NCBI GenBank assembly: GCA_028279945.1
Contig: JANQMT010000006.1
Location: 26,091 to 90,090 of the forward strand
Source: Clostridia bacterium
GTDB lineage: Bacteria; Bacillota; Clostridia; Peptostreptococcales; JAAYPU01
Reading direction: 5' to 3'
DNA length: 64,000 nt
A model generated the notes under the pieces. It saw nothing but the letters and a program-made list of their open reading frames with translations, had not been told where the DNA came from and did no database searches. The position numbers and the translations under genes are program-made. Below are positions 29,402 to 39,326 of this stretch, in pieces (the first letter of the stretch is position 1; every line of letters starts with the position of its first letter).

Positions 29402-30709
29402 ATGGAAGACACATTTATTATAGTATTTGACACCATAACACTAATTATTTCATTAGTTCTTCTTATAAAATCATATATGAGGATGACTCGAACAAAAAAA
29501 ACGGTTTATTTAGTACATTTTGTTTTCTTTGCTATATATGTTTTTCCAATTGCGTTAGATATTTTTTATGATTACCCTAACTATGGAGCGAATCGAGCTT
29601 ACTATGGTTTTTATATCTCACATAAAGACTCATACGTAAGATTAGTTTATGATGTTATTATAATTATTAGTCAATTAATTATTCTTTATATAGGTAATAG
29701 AAAACCAAAACTGAAAAAAAACAGAAATTCTGATACGACAGATAATAAAGAAATCTTAATCACTAAATTTGATTCACCCATAACAAATATAGTGCTGTTT
29801 TTCCTTGGCTCTTTTACAGTATTATCAGTATTATTGTCCCCGCTACCAAAGCAAATGCTGTATATAATATCATGGAGAGAGACCGGTTTAGTAATTCTAT
29901 CAGAGCAAATGAAGGTTTATTATTATTTTGTAGAGCGTTTTGCATTTATTAGTCTGGTTTCAGCAGTAATTTTTATCTTAGCAAATAAACATAAGCATAG
30001 ATTGTTAAAAATATTAACGGTATTATTTATGATGATGACTATTTGTGTACAATCCAAACGCGCAATTGTAGTTGTATTATTTTTTGTAATACTAAGTTTT
30101 ATTGTATTTAATAAAAAAGGTATAAATACAAAAAAATTTACAATTATTTTAGGCTTAATGGCACTTGTAACATTATATTATAGTATGTTTATTCTTATAA
30201 GCAATAGGGGTTATACCATAGGTAGTGATGGAAGATTATATACATTGTTAAGGATAGATTTTTTTCGCGATGATAGATTGAGGATGGTTATATATTCTTT
30301 ACTCTATCCCGCTAATATGAATATAATTGAATATCCATTTCAAAGTTTTATTAACCAAATTGGTGCTTTATTCCCTTTAGAATACTTAGGATTACAGGTA
30401 ACAGGATACAATTCTTTTTTTACATCTGCATTAAGAGGTATTCCATTTACGAAAAGTGTAAATTCAATGACAACATCTTTTTTTGATGAAAGTTTAGCTA
30501 ATTTTGGATTTTTGGGGTTTTGGATAGCACCTTCAATTTATGGGAAGATATGTCATGTTGCTGATGAATATACGAGCTTAATCAGACCGCTCGTTGTTTC
30601 AACTTTACTTTTTATGCTTATGTTACCTTTGAACTATATATTTTGGTTTATTCAAACTTGTATTATTATTTTATTTATCGAAAAACGAATTAGAAGAATT
30701 AATGATTAG
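29402..30709 (+). CDS. wzy: Probable Wzy polysaccharide polymerase
   Basis: Many TM segments with a large late loop, AT-rich, within a Wzx-containing locus. Confidence 0.7.
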   Translation: MEDTFIIVFDTITLIISLVLLIKSYMRMTRTKKTVYLVHFVFFAIYVFPIALDIFYDYPNYGANRAYYGFYISHKDSYVRLVYDVIIIISQLIILYIGNRKPKLKKNRNSDTTDNKEILITKFDSPITNIVLFFLGSFTVLSVLLSPLPKQMLYIISWRETGLVILSEQMKVYYYFVERFAFISLVSAVIFILANKHKHRLLKILTVLFMMMTICVQSKRAIVVVLFFVILSFIVFNKKGINTKKFTIILGLMALVTLYYSMFILISNRGYTIGSDGRLYTLLRIDFFRDDRLRMVIYSLLYPANMNIIEYPFQSFINQIGALFPLEYLGLQVTGYNSFFTSALRGIPFTKSVNSMTTSFFDESLANFGFLGFWIAPSIYGKICHVADEYTSLIRPLVVSTLLFMLMLPLNYIFWFIQTCIIILFIEKRIRRIND

Positions 30710-30978
30710 TATAATGTAAACCTAAAATAAAAAAAAAGTATGAAAGATGATCTGAAAATGATTGCTTGAGATATGAAGAGTATATCTGATGAGAATAACA
30801 ATAATGATTAGATTGAAAAATACAACATAATTTATTGTTATAATTATTTAGTAGTAAATGCTTTATAGTAATAAAATGACAATGACATATTCCTTTGCTT
30901 TAAATCAAAACGTTTTTATTAATTTAAAATATGATTTAGAACTTTTACACAAAAAATCAAGTCAAGGGGGAGATATTG

Positions 30979-32053
30979 ATGAAAATAACAATAGCTGGAA
31001 CAGGATATGTTGGTTTGTCCAATGCAATACTATTAGCACAGCACAATGAGGTAATTTCAGTAGACCTCGTTAAAGAAAAAGTTGATATGATTAATAATAA
31101 AAAAGCTCCAATTGTTGACTCGGAAATCGAAGAGTATCTTGCTACTAAAGATCTTAATTTAAGAGCAACTACTGATAATAACGAGGCCTATAAAGAGGCT
31201 GACTATGTAATTATTTCAACTCCAACAAACTATGACCCAGAGAAGAACTGCTTTAATACAAGAACAGTTGAAGCTGTAATCGCAAATGTTCTTTCAATAA
31301 ATCCAGAAGCAGTAATGATTATAAAGTCTACAGTGCCAGTAGGATATACAGAATCAATCAAAAAAAAGCTTGATACTAAGAATGTCATCTTTTCGCCAGA
31401 GTTCTTGAGAGAAGGAAAAGCACTATATGACAATCTTTATCCTTCTAGAATTGTAGTTGGTGAGAAATCGGAGAGGGCAATAGTGTTCGCTGAACTGCTT
31501 GCTCAAGGAGCTATCAAAGAAAATATTGACATTCTTTACACGGGTGCTTCTGAAGCAGAAGCCATCAAACTTTTTGCTAATACTTATTTTGCAATGAGAG
31601 TTGCGTTTTTCAATGAACTAGGTTCTTACTCAGAAGTAAGGGGCTTGGATTCAAAACAAATCATTGAAGGTGTAGGACTGGATCTGCGTATAGGTACTCA
31701 CTATAATAACCCTTCATTTGGTTATGGCGGATACTGCTTGCCAAAGGATACAAAGCAATTATTAGCAAATTACTAGGATGTCCCTCAAAACAATGACAGC
31801 TATAGTTGATGCTAACAGAACAAGAAAAGATCATGTGGCTGATATGATAATTAAGAGACAACCAAAGATTGTAGGAATCTACAGACTCACAATGAAGATG
31901 GACTCTGATAACTTCCGTCAGTCTGCGATTCAAGGTGTAATGAAGCGTATTAAAGCCAAAGGTATTGATGTTATAGTAGTGAACAGACTATCGAATGAAA
32001 TAAAAGATGTAGTTGACAAGGTCTATACAAGAGATTTATTTAGTAGATATTAA
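30979..32053 (+). pseudogene. ugd: UDP-glucose 6-dehydrogenase pseudogene
   Basis: [23 protein letters not shown]. In-frame TAG at 31774-31776, frameshift near 31792, and a shortened C-terminus (KGIDVI joined to VVNRL). Confidence 0.9.
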
Positions 32054-32236
32054 GTTGATAAATTAGAGGCAAAATAATTGAATATTGTTTAATGCTTATT
32101 TCTCTGTAATTAAATTGTAAATATTTACAACAATAACATTTCATATAAACAAATAAAAAGTATTTTTATTATCCTAACAGCACCGCTTACTATTTAAGCT
32201 TAAAAATAATGTGAACGCGAAAAGAGGAGTTGCTTT

Positions 32237-33331
32237 ATGAACATATGTTATTTATTAGCTGGTTTTTCTGGCACTGGAGGTATAGGTAGAGTTACATCGA
32301 TTTTAGTAAATGAGTTACAAAAAAATTCGAATTATAAAATTTTTACTTTGTGTTACGCTAAAACTAAAAAAGAAGATGTTTATGAGCTGAAATCTAATAT
32401 TACTAAAGAATATCTTCTAGAAAAAAAAGTTAGCATGCTAAAAAGTTTATTGAAGGGCTCTTTTATCAAATCAAGACAATATTTAGTCAATAATGAAATT
32501 GATATTTTAATTGCTTGTGGTACTATTTATTATCTAATTGCAGTAATTAGTACTATAGGATTAAAAACTAAAGTTATCTGTTGGGAACATTCAAATGTTC
32601 AAAATAATAATGATCATGCTTTTCAAGCATATACCAGAAAATTTGGTGCTATTAGGTCGAACCTTATTGTAACTTTGACAAAGCATGATAAGGCTAGTTT
32701 TATTAATGAATATGGAGTTACTAAGGTTAAACAGGTTTATAATCCCATAGATAATGCTATTCTTGATAGTATTAGTGATTATTGTTTAGAATCTAAAAAA
32801 ATTATTAGTGTTGGTAGGCTTTCATATCCGAAGAACTTTGAGAATTTAATTGAGGTTGCTCAAATTATATTTAAGAAGCATCCAGATTGGGAATGGCATA
32901 TCTATGGTGAAGGGGAACTAAAAGATGATCTGCAATATAAAATAAATCAATATAATATTCAAAATAATTTGTTTTTAAAAGGTAAAGTATATAATTTGTA
33001 TGAATTGTATAATGAGTATTCTTTTTTAGTAATGACATCAAGATATGAAGGGTTTCCGATGACTCTTCTTGAAGGATTAGCGAACGGATTGCCATTAATA
33101 AGCTATGATGTATTAACGGGACCTAATGAAATTATAACTAATAATGAGAATGGATTTTTGATTTCTCCTTTTGATATTGAGGAAATGGCCAATAAAATTT
33201 TAGAGTTGATTAGCAATGCAGAGCTTAGATTAAAAATTTCAAATAATAATGCTGAAAAGTCTAAAGAATATAGCTTGGACAGTATTGTAAAACAATGGGA
33301 GCATATATTTGAGGAAATGGTAAATTCCTAA
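32237..33331 (+). CDS. GT4 family glycosyltransferase
   Basis: GGIGRV, WEH, VGRLSYPK, SRYEGFPMTLLE. Confidence 0.9.
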   Translation: MNICYLLAGFSGTGGIGRVTSILVNELQKNSNYKIFTLCYAKTKKEDVYELKSNITKEYLLEKKVSMLKSLLKGSFIKSRQYLVNNEIDILIACGTIYYLIAVISTIGLKTKVICWEHSNVQNNNDHAFQAYTRKFGAIRSNLIVTLTKHDKASFINEYGVTKVKQVYNPIDNAILDSISDYCLESKKIISVGRLSYPKNFENLIEVAQIIFKKHPDWEWHIYGEGELKDDLQYKINQYNIQNNLFLKGKVYNLYELYNEYSFLVMTSRYEGFPMTLLEGLANGLPLISYDVLTGPNEIITNNENGFLISPFDIEEMANKILELISNAELRLKISNNNAEKSKEYSLDSIVKQWEHIFEEMVNS

Positions 33332-33376
33332 CTATTAGTGGAAAACTGACTTAATTAGTTCGAGAGGAGAACATTA

Positions 33377-34561
33377 ATGGATAAAATTGCAATTTTTAAT
33401 TCAACTGGTGTGAAGCAGAATAAAGGTGGGCCAAGCGGATATCTGTTCAATCTTAGTTCTGGCTTAAACCAAATAGGATCAAGCTTAAAAATTTTTACAT
33501 TGGATGAAGAGAGTAAGCCAATGAGAATACCGAAAGTAAACTTTAAGACATCTAATAATCAAATATTAAATGAGATGAGAAACATTTTGTACTTTTTTAA
33601 AAGAGGATTTATTTGTAAAAAAAATATTGATCTTTCAATACATGAATACTCAGTTATTCATACGCATAGTTGTGAGGATGTTTTTTATTTAAGAAAATTT
33701 GTAAATTATAAAGGGAAAATAATTCTTACTTCACATAGACCAGAACCCTTATATAAAGAAATAATTGAGGGTCTGAAAGTTAAGCATAAAACTAAATGGA
33801 AATACAGCATATTAAAAATTGCATTAATGAAAATTGAAAAGCTTGGGTATAGAGAGAGCGATGGTTATATTTTTCCAAGTACAGCAGCGATGGAAATATA
33901 CAGTGAATTTCCTGGTTTTATTGACGCTTCTGAAAATAAACCAACAGAATTTGTCTTTACAGGGACAGTAAAAAAAGAACCAGATATTAGCAGAGCTGAA
34001 TATAGATACAAATTAGGAATAAGTGAGAAAAATAAAGTAGTGTGTTTTATTGGAAGGCATAATGCAATAAAAGGATATGATTTATTGACATCTCTTTCAG
34101 ACCGCCTTAAAGCGGAAGATATACACGTTGTTTGCGCAGGGCCTAACAATATGCTGGCATCTCCTGAAAATTCACATTGGATTGAATTAGGCTTTATAAG
34201 TGACCCATTTAACTTAATTAATGCTGCGGATATAGTCGTAATACCAAATAGGAATACTTATTTTGATTTAATAATCGTCGAAATTTTATCTCAAGGCCGA
34301 ATAGTAATCACATCAGATACAGGTGGAAATTTAGACATCGCAAAATGTACGAGAGGATTAATACTTTTTAAAAGCGGTGATAAAGAATCTTTATATGACA
34401 CTATTAAAAGTACATTTAAGCTATCTGATGTTAATTTAGATTCTCTATCACAGGGAAATATGGATTTTTATGATAGTTATTGTTCTGTAGATAAATTTGC
34501 TAATAATTATATAAATGCGGTAAGAGTGTTAGTAAAAAAAATATTGAACAACAAAGGATAA
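33377..34561 (+). CDS. GT4-like glycosyltransferase
   Basis: GGPSGY, FIGRHNAIKG, TYFDLIIVE, SDTGG. Confidence 0.8.
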   Translation: MDKIAIFNSTGVKQNKGGPSGYLFNLSSGLNQIGSSLKIFTLDEESKPMRIPKVNFKTSNNQILNEMRNILYFFKRGFICKKNIDLSIHEYSVIHTHSCEDVFYLRKFVNYKGKIILTSHRPEPLYKEIIEGLKVKHKTKWKYSILKIALMKIEKLGYRESDGYIFPSTAAMEIYSEFPGFIDASENKPTEFVFTGTVKKEPDISRAEYRYKLGISEKNKVVCFIGRHNAIKGYDLLTSLSDRLKAEDIHVVCAGPNNMLASPENSHWIELGFISDPFNLINAADIVVIPNRNTYFDLIIVEILSQGRIVITSDTGGNLDIAKCTRGLILFKSGDKESLYDTIKSTFKLSDVNLDSLSQGNMDFYDSYCSVDKFANNYINAVRVLVKKILNNKG

Positions 34562-34566
34562 ATATT

Positions 34567-36033
34567 GTGATTACAAAACAAAAATCAATTAAAAAAAATT
34601 TTATGTATAGTTCAGTTCTCAAAGTATTAAATATAATTTTTCCATTAATTACGTTCCCTTATGTGGCAAGAATATTATCGCCTACAGGTATTGGAAAGAT
34701 TGATTTTTCTTTATCTATTGTTCAGTATTTTGTATTAATTGCTCAAGTAGGAATTCCTACATATGCTATAAGAGAGTGCTCAAGAGTAAGGGATGATAAG
34801 GCTAAACTAACTCAAACTGTTCAAGAAATTTTACTAATTAATTTTTTTACAATGATTTTTTCTTATATAATATTTTTTACTACGGTTTTCAATGTTGAAA
34901 CTTTGAGTTCATATAAAACGTTATTGATAATAACAAGTATTAATATTCTGTCAACAAGTATAGGAGTAGAATGGTTTTATCAGTCTATTGAAGAATACAA
35001 ATATATTACTATTCGTAGCTTGTTAGTGAAATTGGTCTCATTATTTTTAATATTTGCATTCATAAGGCATGAAAACGATTTTATCATATATGGAGCAATA
35101 GTAGTTTTATCAAATTCACTTGGATATGTATATAATTTTTTTCATATTCAAGAACATATAAAGATTTTTACAAAGCAAGATAATTATAATTTTAAGAGGC
35201 ATATAAAGCCTGTGATTATTCTGTTTGCGATGAGCATTTCTGTTAGTGTGTACATTAATTTAGATAAAGTAATGTTAGGACTGATATGTGGAGATTCTTC
35301 TGTAGGATTGTATTCAGCTGCGAATAAGTTGGTAAAAATAATATTGACGCTTGTTACTTCTCTTGGTGTCGTTCTTTTTCCAAGGATGTCGTATTATATT
35401 GAAAGTAATGAAGTCCTTCAAGTACAAAAATTAATAAGTAATGCATTAAACTTCATTATTATGATATCGCTTCCTGCAACGGTAGGTATTATAATGCTTG
35501 CTACTCCAACTATTCAGATATTTGCTGGCTATGAATATATTGAAGCAATTACAACAATAAGAATTATTAGTCCAATAATTATTGCCATCGCTTTAAGTAA
35601 TTTAATTGGTATACAAATATTAGTCTCACATGGGAAAGAGAAAATTACATTAGTATCAACTATATTAGGTGCGGTTATTAATTTATCCCTAAATTTGATT
35701 TTAATTCCAATTCTAAAGCAAAATGGTGCAGCTATTGGAACACTTGTAGCTGAAACATCTGTTATGACTTTTCAATTGTTTTATGCATATTCATACATTA
35801 AAGGAAATATAAAATTAAAGAATATTGCATCTTATTTTTTTGGAAGCTCGCTTATTATTATCGTAATACTAACTTTAAATTTACTTGTATCTAATATGAT
35901 TATTTTTACTAGCTTATCAGTGATTCTGTCAGTAGTCGTCTACTTTGGGTTTCTGTATTTTATAAGAAATGAACTTGTGTATGAAATGTCAAAAAAAGCA
36001 CTAATGAAATTAAAAAGAAAAAGCAAGAACTAA
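34567..36033 (+). CDS. wzx: Wzx flippase
   Basis: FPLITFPYVARIL, EWFYQ..EEY, NLDKVMLG, VGLYSAA, multiple TMs. Confidence 0.92.
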   Translation: MITKQKSIKKNFMYSSVLKVLNIIFPLITFPYVARILSPTGIGKIDFSLSIVQYFVLIAQVGIPTYAIRECSRVRDDKAKLTQTVQEILLINFFTMIFSYIIFFTTVFNVETLSSYKTLLIITSINILSTSIGVEWFYQSIEEYKYITIRSLLVKLVSLFLIFAFIRHENDFIIYGAIVVLSNSLGYVYNFFHIQEHIKIFTKQDNYNFKRHIKPVIILFAMSISVSVYINLDKVMLGLICGDSSVGLYSAANKLVKIILTLVTSLGVVLFPRMSYYIESNEVLQVQKLISNALNFIIMISLPATVGIIMLATPTIQIFAGYEYIEAITTIRIISPIIIAIALSNLIGIQILVSHGKEKITLVSTILGAVINLSLNLILIPILKQNGAAIGTLVAETSVMTFQLFYAYSYIKGNIKLKNIASYFFGSSLIIIVILTLNLLVSNMIIFTSLSVILSVVVYFGFLYFIRNELVYEMSKKALMKLKRKSKN

Positions 36034-36052
36034 TCAAAGAGAGGAGAACTAA

Positions 36053-37189
36053 ATGACTAAAAAGTATGATTATCTTATTGTTGGGGCAGGTTTATTCGGA
36101 GCAACATTTGCTTTTGAAGCAAAAAAGAGAGGTAAAAAGTGCCTAGTTATTGATCGTCGTAATCATATAGGTGGAAATGTTTATTGTGAGAATATCGAAG
36201 GAATCAATGTACATAAGTATGGGGCGCATATCTTCCACACGAGCTATAAACAAATTTGGGAGTATGTTAACCAATTTACTGAGTTTAACAGATATACAAA
36301 CTCTCCAATTGCCAATTATAACGGAGAAATTTACAATCTCCCATTCAATATGAATACATTTAATAAACTTTGGGGAGTAGTAACACCAGAAGAGGCTAGA
36401 AAGAAAATAGAGGAGCAAAAGAAAGATTCGGGCATAGAAGAGCCTAAGAATTTAGAAGAACAAGCAATTTCACTTGTAGGTACTGATATTTATGAAAAAT
36501 TAATCAAGTATTATACTGAGAAACAATGGGGAAGAAAAGCAATTGATCTTCCTGCATTTATAATCAAACGATTACCAGTTAGATTTACTTATAACAATAA
36601 TTATTTTAATGATAAATATCAAGGAATTCCTGAAGGTGGATATAATGTTATTGTTGAAAAAATGCTTGAAGGTATAGACGTTCTGTTAAACAAAGATTAT
36701 TTTTCAGATAAAGAAAACCTTGATAATTTAGCAGGCAAAGTGGTTTTTACAGGAATGATTGACGAATACTTTAACCACAAGTATGGACGCTTAGAATATA
36801 GAAGTTTGGTATTTGAAAATGAAATCCTAGATATTGAAAATTATCAAGGGAATGCAGTTGTAAACTATACCGACGATAAAACACCTTATACAAGGATTAT
36901 TGAACATAAACATTTTGAATTTGGGACACAACCTAAAACAGTTATAACTAAAGAATATCCGGTAGAATGGAAACCTGGCGATGAACCATACTACCCTGTA
37001 AATGATGAAAAGAACTCAATGCTATATCAAAAGTATAAAGAGTTGGCGGATCAAATAGATATTGTTATTTTCGGTGGCAGGCTAGCTGAATATAAGTACT
37101 ATGATATGCATCATATTATCTATCATGCTCTTGAAACAGTCAAAGGAGAATTTGATAAGACCAGGGGGACGGTTCTTTCGGTTGACTAA
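36053..37189 (+). CDS. glf: UDP-galactopyranose mutase
   Basis: GAGLFG, HKYGAHIFHT, YQGIP, EPYYPVND, GRLAEYKYYDM. Confidence 0.95.
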   Translation: MTKKYDYLIVGAGLFGATFAFEAKKRGKKCLVIDRRNHIGGNVYCENIEGINVHKYGAHIFHTSYKQIWEYVNQFTEFNRYTNSPIANYNGEIYNLPFNMNTFNKLWGVVTPEEARKKIEEQKKDSGIEEPKNLEEQAISLVGTDIYEKLIKYYTEKQWGRKAIDLPAFIIKRLPVRFTYNNNYFNDKYQGIPEGGYNVIVEKMLEGIDVLLNKDYFSDKENLDNLAGKVVFTGMIDEYFNHKYGRLEYRSLVFENEILDIENYQGNAVVNYTDDKTPYTRIIEHKHFEFGTQPKTVITKEYPVEWKPGDEPYYPVNDEKNSMLYQKYKELADQIDIVIFGGRLAEYKYYDMHHIIYHALETVKGEFDKTRGTVLSVD

Positions 37190-37240
37190 TAATGATATGA
37201 ATGATAAGATAAAAACAAAATATATTTAAGTGGGAGATGG
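37166..37240 (+). repeat. Left direct repeat of the TA cassette (REP half-site plus AT-rich motif)
   Basis: GGGACGGTTCTTT (37166-37178) and AAATATATTTAAGTGGGAGATGG (37218-37240), both repeated at 38081-38118. Confidence 0.75.
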
Positions 37241-37363
37241 TAAAATTGAGTGGAAAAGGTCAAGGGCATATGGTTTTGAAATTAAGATGAAAAAATAGTT
37301 ATTAACAACAAAAAATATTGCTACCTATGAACATTAGGGTAGCTATTAACAATGTTGTTCAAT

Positions 37364-37786
37364 TTATAGATTATCATAAAATTCATTTAAAAATTCTTTA
37401 GGAGTAATTGCTTTAACTGATGAGTGTGTAAAGTCTTTTTTATTCCGTGTAATAATATAATCAACTTTTGCACGTTTTGCACAAACACAGATGAGTTCAT
37501 CTTCAAAGTCAATGACACCTGAATGAAAGGCTTCTTTAATATCCAATGCGGTAACATCAATAATATCAACTAGTTTTTGGAGGATTTCTATAATAGAATA
37601 TAGTCTTTGTTTATCCTTTATATATTTGTTTAAAACGTAGTAAATATCAGTTATGGAATTAGCAGTAATGAATCCTTTGAGGTGGTTTGTCTCGACCAGA
37701 CGCAAAACTTTTGAAGAATGTTGTACAAAAGGTTCACGATTTTGAAAAACGTCTAAGATGACATTATTATCAATGATCGCTTTCAT
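37364..37786 (-). CDS. PIN-domain (VapC-like) toxin
   Basis: IDNNVILD, DFED, IITRNKKDF. Confidence 0.88.
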   Translation of the reverse strand: MKAIIDNNVILDVFQNREPFVQHSSKVLRLVETNHLKGFITANSITDIYYVLNKYIKDKQRLYSIIEILQKLVDIIDVTALDIKEAFHSGVIDFEDELICVCAKRAKVDYIITRNKKDFTHSSVKAITPKEFLNEFYDNL

Positions 37787-38003
37787 CTTCTAGTAATCGC
37801 TCCTTTCGTGCATCTTCAATTGTATAATCATCATTAGGTATTACGCCAATAAGTTGACTTACTAAACTCATTTCTTTTTCTTTTGGAATGCTTAGTTTGG
37901 CAACAGGGATACCATTGCGAGTGATGATAATTTCTTCTTTATTTACAATAGAGAGATACTTACCTAAATTTTGTTTTAATTCTGTAGCTGTAATTTGTAA
38001 CAT
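37770..38003 (-). CDS. Phd/YefM family antitoxin
   Basis: ITATELKQNLGKYL...IIITRNGIPVAKL; overlaps the toxin start. Confidence 0.9.
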   Translation of the reverse strand: MLQITATELKQNLGKYLSIVNKEEIIITRNGIPVAKLSIPKEKEMSLVSQLIGVIPNDDYTIEDARKERLLEDESDH

Positions 38004-38027
38004 GAAAACACCTCCTATAAAAGATTA

Positions 38028-38073
38028 TGTACAATCTTTACTATATTATACTATATATTGTGCGATTTGTACA
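38028..38073. promoter_or_regulatory. Putative TA autoregulatory operator
   Basis: Two TGTACA palindromes (38028-38033, 38068-38073) upstream of the antitoxin; TGTACA is the core of YefM-type operators. Confidence 0.5.
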
Positions 38074-38080
38074 CGCCAAA

Positions 38081-38118
38081 GGGACGGTTCTTTTAAATAT
38101 ATTTAAGTTGGGAGATGG
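38081..38118 (+). repeat. Right direct repeat of the TA cassette
   Basis: GGGACGGTTCTTT-T-AAATATATTTAAGTTGGGAGATGG. Confidence 0.75.
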
Positions 38119-38139
38119 AGATCGACCGATCAAAGGTAT

Positions 38140-38205
38140 AACGATGGTTGAACAATGGTGTAAGCATGGTTGAGCGATAGCTTAACAATGGTAGAACAAT
38201 AGTAA
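38140..38205 (+). repeat. 11-bp tandem array (6 units, AACRATGGTTG-like)
   Basis: AACGATGGTTG AACAATGGTGT AAGCATGGTTG AGCGATAGCTT AACAATGGTAG AACAATAGTAA. Confidence 0.85.
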
Positions 38206-38235
38206 AGGTGTAGTAACAAGTAACAGTCTTGTGGA

Positions 38236-38361
38236 AGATAGTTGGATAGAGGATAGAGTGGATGAATAATTGAATTATCAATTATCATTAAACAAAAGCC
38301 CAAAACCCAAAATATGTGTATTTTTCCTATCTGCTAGCCAACTATCTACTACCAAACTATC
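38236..38361. repeat. GATAG/CTATC short-period repeat hairpin
   Basis: AGATAGTTGGATAGAGGATAG ... CTATCTGCTAGCCAACTATCT; the 21-mer is identical at 40334-40354. Confidence 0.7.
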
Positions 38362-38381
38362 TCCCCAAAAAGGTGATTAGA

Positions 38382-39218
38382 ATGCCAAGAACAGCTAGAA
38401 AAAAAAGTGAAAGTGGAATATATCATATAATATTAAGAGGTATTAATAAACAGACCATATTTGAAGATGAAGAAGATTCGATAAAGTTCTTAGAGACGTT
38501 AGTAACATATAAAGAAATAAGTGGATATAAGATATATGCATATTGTTTGATGGGGAACCATATTCATTTGCTTCTTAAGGAAGAGAATGAAGATTTGGGA
38601 ATTGTTATGAGGCGAATAGGTGCAAGTTATGTATATTGGTATAATTTAAAGTATGGACGTTGTGGACACTTGTTTCAAGATAGATATAAGAGTGAACCGG
38701 TTGAAGATGAGAACTATTTTTTGACAGTGCTTAGATATATACATCAGAATCCTTTGAAGACTGGGGTTGTTAAAGACATTGCTTCTTATACATGGAGTAG
38801 TTATTGTGAGTATGTGGAAACAACCAGTGGGGACAGTTCTTATGGTTGCCAAAAGCAGCAACTACAAAAACCGTCCCCACTGGTTTGCCAAAAACCGCTC
38901 CTACTGGTTTGTGATGTTGGCTATGCTTTAGGGCTGTTTGAAGAGGATAGAGAAAAAGGGATGGATAGTTTTAAGAGGTTTCATGAAGTTGAAAGTGATG
39001 ACAAATGTTTGGATATAGATGATAAAAAGAGAATTACAGATAAAGAAGCCATAGAGATCGTTAAAAGAATATGTCATATAACTCATTGTACAGATATTAA
39101 AGGATTCAAAAAGGATAAGAGAGATAGATGTTTGAAAGCTTTGAAAAAAGAAGGCCTTTCAATGAGGCAAATTGCTAGAGTTACGGGGATAAGCAGGGGA
39201 ACTATAATGAAAGTTTAA
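38382..39218 (+). mobile_element. REP-associated tyrosine transposase (RAYT, IS200/Y1 HUH family)
   Basis: MPRTAR..., YHIILRG, HUH motif NHIHLL, GHLFQDRYKS, catalytic YIHQNP, WSSY, C-terminal HTH. Start at ATG 38382 after AAGGTG. Confidence 0.9.
38822..38911. repeat. REP/REPIN hairpin inside the RAYT coding sequence
   Basis: 28-bp arms 38822-38849 and 38858-38885 (4 mismatches) with GGGGACAGTTCT/AAAACCGTCCCC core; degenerate duplicate of the right arm at 38889-38911. Confidence 0.85.
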
Positions 39219-39219
39219 T

Positions 39220-39307
39220 AACGATGGTTTAACAATTGTGTAGCGATGGTTGAGCAATAGTTTAACAATTGTTTAGCTATGGTTTGGCAACTGTTTAACT
39301 ATTGTTC
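39220..39307 (+). repeat. 11-bp tandem array (8 units)
   Basis: AACGATGGTTT AACAATTGTGT AGCGATGGTTG AGCAATAGTTT AACAATTGTTT AGCTATGGTTT GGCAACTGTTT AACTATTGTTC. Confidence 0.85.
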
Positions 39308-39326
39308 AAAAGGAGGTACAATTAAC

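Noticed and set aside
30858-31049. 63-aa ORF before ugd
   Set aside because: AT-rich spacer read-through overlapping the ugd start in another frame.
31774-31776. In-frame TAG in ugd as pyrrolysine or readthrough recoding
   Set aside because: A frameshift follows within 20 nt and the C-terminus is shortened, so pseudogenisation is simpler.
38140-39307. 11-bp arrays as a CRISPR array
   Set aside because: Units are contiguous and degenerate, with no unique spacers and no cas genes.
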